From Tubulanus polymorphus (taxonomy: Eukaryota; Animalia; Nemertea), in contig NC_134029.1 in assembly GCF_964204645.1 (NCBI RefSeq), forward strand, positions 14,626,950-14,690,949: a DNA stretch of 64,000 nucleotides, written 5' to 3'. The position numbers and the translations under genes were made by a program. The notes below the pieces were generated by a model. The model was given only the letters and a program-made list of their open reading frames with translations, searched no databases and was not told where the DNA came from. Positions 29,201-41,200 of the stretch are shown here, piece by piece (within the stretch, counting starts at the first letter, position 1; every line of letters starts with the position of its first letter).

Positions 29201-32200
29201 ATGTTTCTATACATGCATTAATTTCGCAGCAATGCGTAGCGGTAAATACCGTCCATTCTGCTTTATAGTATAGATTACTTACAGGATGCATCATTTGCCA
29301 TTTTATGAAAAGCTGACGGGCTGGCCATAGTGCCCCTTGGGGCTCTTGTCAACATCCTAAATTCTAATTGACATATGAGTGTAGCCTAACATGAATTGAT
29401 ATTCCATTTCATCATGGTGACCTTGACCTCTAAACATTGCCATTTTTAATGATATGCAAAGTGTCGTCAGTTTAAAACGATATCCAATGTGTAGTCGGTG
29501 TATAAGTTTTATGGACATAATTTTTGGTCCCAAAAACTCAACTTATACATGGGAAAATACGGTACTACAGTTTGTATTCATGAGTTGCAACTTACGATTC
29601 TTTCATAGCTAATAATTTCTTATGACATATGACAATTTCCTCACGTACTTGTTTACAGGCAAACGACTCAGATATTGGTGCTTTTTAGCCCACTTGGGAC
29701 TCTAATGCCAGCGGGCTATTGTGTTCACTTTTCAAAAATTGGGTCGTTTTGAGTCAAGACGGCAGTCCTAAAAAAGTCAATTTTGGCCCGAATTCTGAGT
29801 CCTGTAGCTTCCCACTGCTTTGCCATTTCTCATTGCAATTTGTGATGGGTATTCGTTGGAAGGGGATGTTTTATACCTGAGACAGGTATTTTTGATCAGC
29901 CAATTATGACGCAAATGGCCATCTTGTGTCATCAGTACTTATTCGTTGGTAGGAAAAAGTTTTTCGACATGATATTGATACCTAAGCATATTTTGTTACC
30001 ACAATCAATCAGAAAGTTGTAGCACATAACGTGGTCAATGATTTTGGCGAGTTTCAAGGTCATTTGTTTTTAAAAAATGGCTACCATGGGGCATTGAATG
30101 ATACAATAACTTATTTTGTTACCACAATCAATTGCAAAGTTGTAGCTCATGACATCGTCTATGATTGTGGTGAGTTTTAAGGACATAAGTTAGTCTATAT
30201 GGTCACCAGGGGGCGTTGAATAATAAAATAATTTAGTATTTCCTTATTATATTTGTACCTAGGCATATTTTGTTACCATGATCAATTGCAAAGTTGTAGT
30301 TCATGACATGTTCTACAAATGTGGTGAGTTTCAAGGTAATTGGGTTTTGCAAATGGTCCCCAGGCGTTGAATAATTGAATAACTTAGTATTTCCATATTT
30401 AATTGGTTACAGTAATTAGAAATTGTGGCTTTCATACCAGAGGTCGTGAGGTCGAGACACCCCTCATCACCACAAGTATTTTTTTTTCCTTATAAATGGG
30501 AGAGAATAAGACAGAACAAATTGATGTTAATGAAAATCAATATTATTGTCCATATTGTAAAAACTACATTGATAAATCTCAAAAATCGCGTCATGAAAAA
30601 TCTGCAAATCATATAAAAAATCTTAAAGATTTTGAAACTCCAGAAAATTCCAATGAAAGAAACGAAGGATTAGATGATATGAATGTGGATGAAATAAAAT
30701 GTGAAGTTTGTAATGAATTTATAGTAAAAAGGAATTATAAAAGACATATCAAATCACAAAAACACCATCAAAATTTGAGTAATAATGTTTTAGGAATAGA
30801 TTATTTCGATGATAAACCTCAACAAGTAAAAAAATTAACTTCAAAAACTAAATCCATTTTAAATAAACCTTACATGGAAAATGTTAGAAATTATATTGAT
30901 TCACTAGAAATAAAAGATACAATTGAAATTTTAGAAACATTACATAGTAAAATTGGTCCTGCAGCTATTATATTTAGATTTTTTAAAGGTATTACAATAG
31001 AAGATTATAGTAAATTTAATGAAATAATAGAAAAAATACTAGATTTGATAACAGATGTTGAATATCCAAAAATTAGTATCTCTGGGAAAGTAAGTTTTAT
31101 CAAATCAGAAAATAAAATGGATTTTAATATTCAAACACTCTCTGAAGAAATAATTTCAAAAACACAAATAAAAGAGAAGTTAGAAAAAATATTTAGTGAA
31201 TTTAAACGTCATATTGAAGAAAGATATTTTGAGGGTTCTGGTTTAACATTGAATGAAATTATATTTTTAGATTTAAATGTTTATAATACAAAAGTGAATA
31301 AAACATCAAAAAGTAAAACAATGTTTAAAAAGGATTCAAACTTTACAACAGAAGAGGATATGAAAGCATCAAGTTATATTAAATTACCATTTACAACAAA
31401 AGCAGTGATAAATGTTCAAAATGAAGATAAGAAATGTTTTCTATGGTCAATTATTAGTTGCTTACACCCAACAGAAGATATTACGCATAGTTTTAGAATA
31501 ACAGATTACCGGAAATATGAAATATTACATGAAATTGATCAATATCCAGTAACTATAAAAATGATTCCTAGAATGGTAAAAGTTAATAATTTACAAATAA
31601 ATGTATTCGAATTAATGCAATTACCAAAGACAAAAGGTGAAAATATTTAAGATTATACATTAGAAGCTTTATATTTAACAGAATATTACAAAAAAGATGA
31701 AAATGAACATTATATGTGGTTAAAACAAATTGATTTATTCTTTAGAACAGAAAGTGATCACCACCGTAAAATTTATCTATGTAGAAAATGTTTATCTAAA
31801 TTTATGACAGAATACATTATTAAAACAAAGAATTGTGTGATAATAAGGATTTTTGCAAATTAATAATGCCAACAAAAAAAGATTGTAAGTTGAAATTTAC
31901 TAATCATAGATTTAAAAATATTGTTCCATTTGTAATTCATGGGGATTTTGAATTGTTGAATAAAGAATTAACTGATCAAGATAGAAAAGAAATATATAAC
32001 AAAAAGCAATTTAAAATCAATGGATAAAGGAAATGAATTAAATGAAGATATAATTCAAGATCCACCAATTATAAACACAATTTAAAAAGTTCATCAAAGA
32101 GCTCCTGCTTATGGAATTTACATAAAATCAAATTATCCCAAATTATATGAAAGTCAATATATTTCCTTTAGAGGTGAAGATGTAGTTAATGATTTTTGTA

Positions 32201-35200
32201 ATAAAATAATTGAATTAGAAAGTGATTTTGCAAAATTATTAAACAAAAATAAAAGAATAGTTATGACAAAAGAAGATGAAATTCATTTTAATTATGCAAC
32301 TCATTGTTGTTATTGTGAAAAACGTTTTTATTCATTTGATAAAAAAGTTAAAGATCATGATCATTTAAATTCAAAATACCGCGGAGCTGCTCATGAAGAT
32401 TGTAATTTACAAGCTAAGAAAGTTAATTTCGTACCAATATTATTTCATAATTTATCAGGCTATGATACCCATCTATTTATAAAACAAATCAGGAAAATTG
32501 GGTGCAATTAATCAAGAAATAGAGAGAATATAATGCTATGAATGGTACAAATGTAAGAAAATATGATTTTAAACTATTAGCTAAGACATCTGAAACTTAT
32601 ATTTCATTTCAATTTGGTTGCATTAGATTTTTAGATTCTTTTAGATTTCTAGCAAGTTCATTAGATAATTTAGCAAAAAGTTTAGTTGATAATGATTTTA
32701 TAATAACTCGACATTATTATCCAAATGAACAAGATTTTAAATTATTGAGATATAAAGGCGCAATTCCTTATTCATTTTATAAAACACATGATGATTTTAT
32801 TGTAACAGAATTATTAAAAGAACAATTTTATGATCAATTAAAAGAGGAGTATGTGAAAGATGAAGTGTTTAATAGAACATTAAATAATTGGAATCACTTT
32901 AAGATAAAAAATCATGGTGAATTAGTAGATTTATATTTAAAATCAGATGTTATGATTTTGGCTGACATATTTGAAAAATTTAGAGAAGTTAATTTGAATC
33001 ATTTTAATGTTGATCCTTGTTATTGTTATTCGAGTCCTGGTTTAACCGACTTAAGAATTGAAAAACGACAATTATATTTTAATTTTGATAATAAACAAAT
33101 TATTCATAATGAAAATAAAATCAAATATTGGAATTCAATGTGAATTAGATAATAATAATAATTCTTATAACGATATTGGTATTCAATGTGATTTAGATAA
33201 TGAATTTAGAAAATTCAATCCTGATGAAAGAGTGTATTGTTATTGTGGAGGTAAAGAGGTTTAAGATCACATAAATCAAAGCATTATCAAACAATTAAAC
33301 ATATCAATATATAGTAGTTTAATATTCTGAAATTAGTTAATGAATAACTGTTAGACTGTAAGGTTAATTGTTATTTTATTTAATCATTTAAAAGTTTAAT
33401 ATTTTAGAAATGTTAAACTTTTAAATGATAAAATTTTTTTTTCTAATCTTTCATTAATAAATGGATGGTTTCATTCCAACTGGGAAAAGTGATTTGAAAC
33501 ATTATTTAGTTGTTGGGGGATTAATTTTAGCTGCGCTTTACTTTTATTATGAAAATATTTCAAAAGATTTAATAAATGAAAATAATAAATTACGTAAGAA
33601 ATTGAAGAAATTAAATACTAGAAATGGAAATAATCATAAAAACGGTAATAATCACAAGAAAGTTGTTGAATCAGATTAACTAGTCTTAATTAATTAATCA
33701 ATTAATTAATCTAGTAAAATCTTTTTCTAATTAAATGAGTGAAAATATATTAAATTTGTTAAATCTTATTTACAGAAATCAAGAGAAAATGAAATTAATT
33801 ATGATGATTTCAGGGTTAGTTTCATTTTCAGTTTATAGTTTGAAACAATTGTTTCATTTTTTTGATGATTGTATAATAAAATATATTGAATTGAAAAATA
33901 ATATCAATTACATTTCAGACAGAATGAATAATATTAAAAGATGCGAAATTTGTAGTAAAAAATACAAGACAGAAAAAGGATTTAGAAATCATAAATTCAG
34001 ACATAAATTGGAATGATTAAATGACTAATTAAAGTAAAGAATTTAAAAGAAATCTCATTTATTGTGTGAAATTGAAATAATTTGAAATACAACTAAAATT
34101 AATCTAAAATAGACAATTTTGTTAATTTGATAAAACTTAATTTCCCAGAGATACTAATTTTTGGATATTCAACATCTGTAATAAAGTCCATTATTTTTTC
34201 CATTATTTCATTAAATTTACTATAATCTTCTATTGTTGTACCTTTAAAAAATCTAGATATAATAGCCGCAGGACCAATTTTACTATGTAATGTTTCTAAA
34301 ATTTCAATTATATCTTTTATTTCTAGTGAATCGATATAATTTCTAACATTTTCCATGTAAGTTTATTTGAAATGGATTTAGTTTTTGAAGTTGATTTTTT
34401 TACTTGTTGAGGTTTATCATCGAAATAATCTATTCCTAAAACATTATTACCCAAACTTTGATGGTGTTTTTGTGATTTGATATGTCTTTTATAATTCCTA
34501 TATATATAATTTACTATAAATTCATTACAAACTTCACATTTTATTTCATCCACATTCATATCATCTAATCGTTCTTTTCTTTCATTTGAATTTTCTGGAG
34601 TTTCAAAATCTATAACATTTTTTATATGATTTGCAGATTTTTCATGACGCGATTTTTGAGATTTATCAATGTTATTTATTTATATTGAGATTTATCAATG
34701 ATTTATCAATTTCTTACAATATGGACAATAATATTGATTTTCATTGACATCAATTTGTTCTGTCTTATTCTCTCTCATTTATAAGGAAAACAAATTACTT
34801 GTGGTGATGAGAGGTGTCTCGACCTCACGACCTCTGGTATGAAAGCCACAATTTCTAATTACTGGTAACGAGGTATATTTTGTCATCACAATCAATTACA
34901 AAATCGCAGCTGCTGACATGTTCTATGATTGTGGTGAGTTTCAAGGCCATTGGTTTTGTATATGGTCACCAGGGGGCGTTGAATGCTGAAATTGTTAGAT
35001 TGTTGAGCATTTGAAACCACTTCCTTAGTGGTTATGGTGTCCCTGGACCCCTAGTTATTTAACATTTTCACTATTCACGATTCGTGTCATTTGATTATTG
35101 TAAACCTTTTTTTTTTAGAACTGCATCTCCAGTGAAATATGTACAGTTTTCTGCTGATGGATTGTTGTTTGCTTCAGTTGGATATGTAAGTCTTTCTCAC

Positions 35201-38200
35201 GTCATCGTACGTCGACGGAGTCTTCATAATGGCTCTGGAGACCTTTCCGGAAATAACTTGCTCACAAAATACCGTGTATCGAAACTCGTCTTTTGTACCG
35301 TACATCTTCGTTATGCAATTAGTGCCATTCAAAACGGTACCTAATGAAGATGAAATCGTGAAACGTTCCGGTTAGGCAGTAATTAGGATTCAAAGTTCGG
35401 AATTTTTTTTCCCGAATATTTGTTCCATCCGGATAATTAATACCTTCATTCTGTGGAGATCACGTGGGCTCTTTCAGTTAATCACGGCACTTTAACGGTT
35501 CAAGTCGCGGCCTACATAATCAAGCTTTTTGACGTGATTATGAGTCACACTTGTATAGTTCATTCTTACCCTGTCAGTCAAACAAACAATTAGCTCATAA
35601 AATGTCTGTGGGTGCCGCTCGATCGGTTCACAAAATAAAATAAAATTGGAGTTGGTCCGGTCCTTGTTCCGGACGCGCCGCCACTGTCGTGCTCGCTTCT
35701 AGAACATTGATTGAGAGTGCCTCGCCAAGCACGCAACGCTAATATAGTTCCCTGTGAGAAACGTGAAAAACGAAAAAGTACGATTTCGTCAACTGTTACA
35801 CCGTCGAAACGGCAGAAAACTTCATGTGCATCAAAATCAAATAATACAAGATCGCCGGGATTAAAAAGCTCATATACTCCACGAACGGAGGAAAATCTCC
35901 AGACCATGTCGCAGTAAGTAACCAACAATTAACAACAACAGGCCTACTTGTACTACAATACATTGTCGGTTTTCCTAATCCTAATTATCGTAACATACTT
36001 GATAAGTTTGATCGAATCGAAATCCGCTACGATGTAAGCTAGAGACACCTTCACTCTGAACTATCTCCCATGTACTGAATTATCATCCGAGCACTCGGTC
36101 GTTGCTAATTCAAATTCAATCAATGTTTATTCATCATAAAATCTTACATGATTGTGGATGATGATACAAAAGATGATACCGTATTTTCCGGTGTACAAGT
36201 CGACCCGGTGTATAAGTCGAGGTCAAATTTTCAGTTAAAAAAGTTGTGCTAGGGCTATAGTCGGTGTATAAGTCGAGTCGCTTCTTCATGTGTTTACATA
36301 TGTCACATTGAAAACAGTGCCGATGTCATTCTCATAGTAGTTGAGAGTTTTTACCACTGTTGCCATTATTAAATCATTGGGATCTGTTGTTTCTAATATT
36401 AAATAACCGGATTAGTGCTCATTGTTTGTATCCACGTGTTGAATGTATAGTGTATACGTTGAATGCCGCGCGCCTGTAGTCTAGTATTAGACTGACTGTG
36501 TATTGATTATTGGCACGCTGCCACAGCATCGCAGCTTATATAAACAATGAATATACGCGGTTTTCTTTCTCTTTTGATTTTTAACATTAGTTAATTTTGA
36601 AACATTTCCAAACTATAAGAAACTATTTTTATCAACATCCTAAATTCTAATTGGTATATGAGTGTAGCCTAACATAAATTAATATTCCATTTCATCATGG
36701 CGACCTTGAACTCTAAACAACGTTCGTCAGTTTAAAACGATATCGAAAGTGTAGCCGGTGTATCGACCTACGTTTTTTGGACATGATTTTTGGTCTCAAA
36801 AACTCGACTTATACACCGGAAAATACAGTATATGAAATTTGTACCAATAACAATGAAAGAGAAAATTAACATTGATGCAGGTTACAAAAATGTACCTTAA
36901 AATTCTGTGACATGAAACAATACTACATTTCGTATAGGCCTACAACCATAAGCTTATTTTAAATGTTTCGACTACTGTAGTAAAAAGCTTTTTTTAAATT
37001 TTTCACAGATGTTTGTTCATCGTCTTTCCTCAGTATTGAAATAAACCTGGAATACATTTGTATGCAGGATTTGTGAAGAAGTGAGAAATTCTAGATGATT
37101 TCGAATAATGCTTTTGTATTGGCGGATTATAAAAGTTGTCAACATAGTGTAGTTAGGAAAGAATTCAGATTCACACATATGGATGAGTCCTGCTCATTAC
37201 TGACGTGTACCTGTTTTGTTCGAGAGAGTAACAAGCTTCATCTTCGAGATTATCAACGAGTCTAAGTGAACCTGTGAAGTCATTTTATGGAAAGCAATCG
37301 GATGCTTACTATATACACTGCAAAGCAGTTACAATATTATTCCCAAGTGCTGTCAATCCGGATGAATTGGAAGATAACAATGAAATTGAATCTGTAAATA
37401 TTTTATCGTATAATCCTACACTTGTTGCTGTACGAAACGATTTATCGATAAATATCATTAACCGGATTCCCTCCTTAAGGCATTGTATGTGTGAATCGTG
37501 TAAATATAATTATAACTGTTGACACATTATATCATATATCGAATGGTGAAAAAATGAGGATATCATCACTGACATTGATCTCGTCTCAGAAGATGATTCT
37601 TCCGAACGTGAAAATACACGTGTATGAACGGCAATATCCCGTTCTCCAATACCGTATCCACTGAAGGAACATCAGCAGCAAATCTTACATTTAAGATATC
37701 ATGGCATGCCATTTCTGTTGGAGTTAATTCCAACCTTCACGACAGAGAACAATAAGAAATTAACTATATCGGCTACTTTTCCAGTAGTATACATTTCAAA
37801 ACAGTCACTCTGAAATAGTGTTCCTTTCAATTCGGTTGGTTTTATATAGTGGCAGTTTCGAAGAGTCTACTATTGAAAAGTGACCATTCTAAAACATCTG
37901 GTTTCGATAGTGCACAATAGCAGTAGAGGTGACTGTCAAACCACCTGCCTGTAAACAGTGACTTTGTGATAGTAACTCCTACCATAAAAGCTACTCTCAA
38001 AACATATCGTTTCTAAAAGTCAACTATTCGTATAGTGACCATTTTGAGATAGCATGGTAATTTCTTGTTGAAAATAGCAGCATCTGTTAAGATTTGCAGT
38101 GATATGTGACAGGTTCAAAGGTACCGTTAAACCCTATATGCTTTGTATACAGAACTCTGTATGCTTTGAATATAGTTTGTGAATAGAAAATCAAAGTTTC

Positions 38201-41200
38201 TGAGTTGCTAAGAACCCCCTAAATTATATTATGCTCAACAAAATGGCAATATCCAATAGAAAAACTATTGATTTATATATAACATCATGGATTAAATCCA
38301 TTAATACTAATATAGTGCCAGTCCTAATTTAGAATTTCAAGATTTTTTTTTACATTTGCGATTATAAAACATTCTGCTGCGTTCATAAATCTTGGATTCT
38401 GTAGAAAAGAAAGACAAAAAATAAATTTGCCTTTTAGGCTTAATTTGTTTTTAAGGATATATAGAGGAATATCCAAATAAATCATATGTTCATAAAATGA
38501 ATTACGTCCTATTTATCTCATTATCTGGATGAAGACTACAAAAATATTTTGAAAAAAATGTATCTTAAATACTTAGAATTAACCTTGAATTCATTGTTTA
38601 TTTCGATACTAACGATCCATGTGATGTGAAGCAAAGGAGTATAAGGTGTCCACTAAGTTCCACATACTCAAAAGGTTTTTAGATCTTCTAGAGTGGAAAA
38701 TTGACCGTTTAAAAAAACGGTTAATTGCCAATTAAATCTTTATATTTTCTGTTTTTTAACCTATATTTTGATCTATTTTCAGGAATATTCAGTTCGGAAT
38801 GTTTGAGCTTGAGATTTTTAAGAGAGCTCAAAATTGTAGGGGACTCCCCATGATAAAATATTCAACGTTTATTTGTTCTGAAAATATATAATATGGCAAT
38901 TTCAAAAAGTCAATAAATTATGGTATGTCACTTTCTGATGAGTATTTGTGCTGTCTCATCATCTATTCCTATCTGCATTCAAGATGCTGTTTGAAACTGC
39001 TGGAATGATTGGATAGAGCATTGAACAAAATCTAAACCTATAGGAAAATATTGCCACATTCATCATGAATAAGATGAGCTCTCAGGCTTAAGATGAGAAT
39101 TTTGGAACTGTTTAATTGGCTTCCTGGATTTTGATGCTAAATACAGAGAATTGCTACACACAGCTAATATCAAATTTTGTGTCATGCTTCCTAGAGCCCT
39201 TATAGTTTTCTGGACATATTAAAACCAAAACTAACAGCCACGCAAGTGAAAATCAAAATGAATACATGTATAATTGTACGTTCTTCTAGATAATAGAAAG
39301 GTAAACCACTTTGCCTGTGGCAAATTATTTCAATCTAGTAATCAGACAAACGTTGCTCAGCTGATGAAAGAAGCACCAATCCTAGTTCGTTTCCTACTTG
39401 GATGTCGAGATCAAGTTAGCCAAGAATTGACAGATGTTCACAGGACATTCATATATGACATTGTCGCTCGAATTAAATTGTGCTATGAGGTAAGTTGTAT
39501 AATAATTGTGACTGATATGAAAATGTAAAACTGCTTAACAGTACATTTTTTGCTATTATGTGAAACTCTTACAATTCAACTTTTTAAAATTATAGGTACA
39601 AAATAAACCCAACTTGTACTGTCCTGCAGAAAACGAAGGGATATTTAGAAAACTGAGTTTCTTTCCAGTATTACCAAAGCTACATAAGTAAGTAATTATC
39701 AGTTATTAGGCCAGCTGTAGGCTGAGCCTATTACTATACAAATGGAACGAATTTTAATGACATGGTTTCCAGAGTAAAGGCTCTTTGACTGTGCAACTAA
39801 GCATATATTCATACAAATCAATCATTAGAGCATTATCCATTCTCCAACCCCTATGAAGCTGATTTTTGAAAGAGGGCCTCGTTAAAATTTATATGAGCAT
39901 TTTCGCGAAAATCTTATCGCAAAAACATCTGTTTTAAAAAGCCAATCAGAAAGCAAAGACTCCTCTATGATTGGCTTAGCTGCAGAGATCAGCAGGTGTT
40001 CACGTGAACCCGTGGTATCATCTACCGTTTTACTTCTGGGTTTTATTCTTAGATCTAAAATTGTATTTCAATATCGATTTCTGGGAAATCTTTAGTTGAT
40101 TTGGTTTTTGGGAGGGATATTTTTATTTTCACTACAGAAAATATCATTGACAATTGTGCAAAGTCCGGGAAAAATAGCTTTTTCTCAAATCGGATAAATG
40201 ACCTTGATATGCTATTTAGCCATGTACTCAAACTGCAAATTCAATTATATTTTATTCTGCAAAAAAATATCAGATGCAATTAAATTTTACTTTATTGAAC
40301 AAGGTTAAACAACAAATCCAATTCAATTTTGTTTTATTGAGCAAATATTCATGTACACTGCTCATTTCACCACGCATTGTTTTAAAATCTATCTAATAAA
40401 GCTAAGGTCATTGTTTTGAATCAAATCTATTAGTTTGCCATAGCTTTGGTATTCATAAAGCGCACCAAAAGTTTGTTATTGTTCAGTGGTACAACATGTG
40501 TGGAAATGTGTGTTTGACTACAGTGACGTCAGCGATCGTGGGTTTTTCACAGCAAACCGGCACCTGCTGTGTATTGCAAACTGGTGAAAATAGCCGCCTT
40601 TAAAGTCTAATTTTTCAGTAATGGCTTTACTAAATTCAGAATTAGTAACACAGTTATCATTGATACACATATCACATTTAGAAAATAGGTTTTATACAAT
40701 ATTCTGATTATAGGGGACTTTACTTTTAAAGCAGTATCATTGTAAAGAGTTTATACTGTATTGATACATTTTTAATATGTTGAATCTACTGTAATTACAG
40801 GTGCTGCGATGGATACTCTCTTGACTTGAACAAAGCGAATGTGGATGTCACAAATATCAACAGCCAAGTCAACGAACAAGCAAATGCTGGCTTGGTTCAC
40901 CTGAAATCACAGTTAGCATATATGAAGCCTGAGAACTTTATGCGGCACATTGCTTTATTCCTCGCAATAAAAAACTGAGATAAAAGAACGAAAGTATAAT
41001 AAATTTGATATCTGAATCTATGAATTGAATTTTATTAAAATATAAACATAATGTATGTACACATACACTAAGTAAATGAATTTTACAATGATTATGATAC
41101 ATTTGTAGTACATGTAATATGATTAATAATAATATGGTTAATCTGGTTTAGTGAATACTTTTTGTTCTTCTGGTTGTAATCTTTCATTTCATCAGTCAAT

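Larger units (their letters stand above)
30411..34863 (+). mobile_element. Maverick/Polinton (adintovirus-like) internally deleted element, ~700-bp TIRs, 6-bp TSD
   Basis: Ends AGTAATTAG...CTAATTACT; TIRs ~30411-31104 and ~34125-34863; flanks ggttac/ggtaac (HINE consensus ggtaac); encodes protein-primed PolB fragments. Confidence 0.9.
29686..35055 (+). mobile_element. HINE/DINE-like Helentron copy split by the Maverick insertion
   Basis: 5' tagcccacttgggac at 29686; central repeats continue across 30410/34864; 3' ccctggacccctagt at ~35055. Confidence 0.8.

Noticed and set aside
30423-30475. Bona fide tRNA gene
   Set aside because: No D arm or full cloverleaf; kept only as a tRNA-half-like motif
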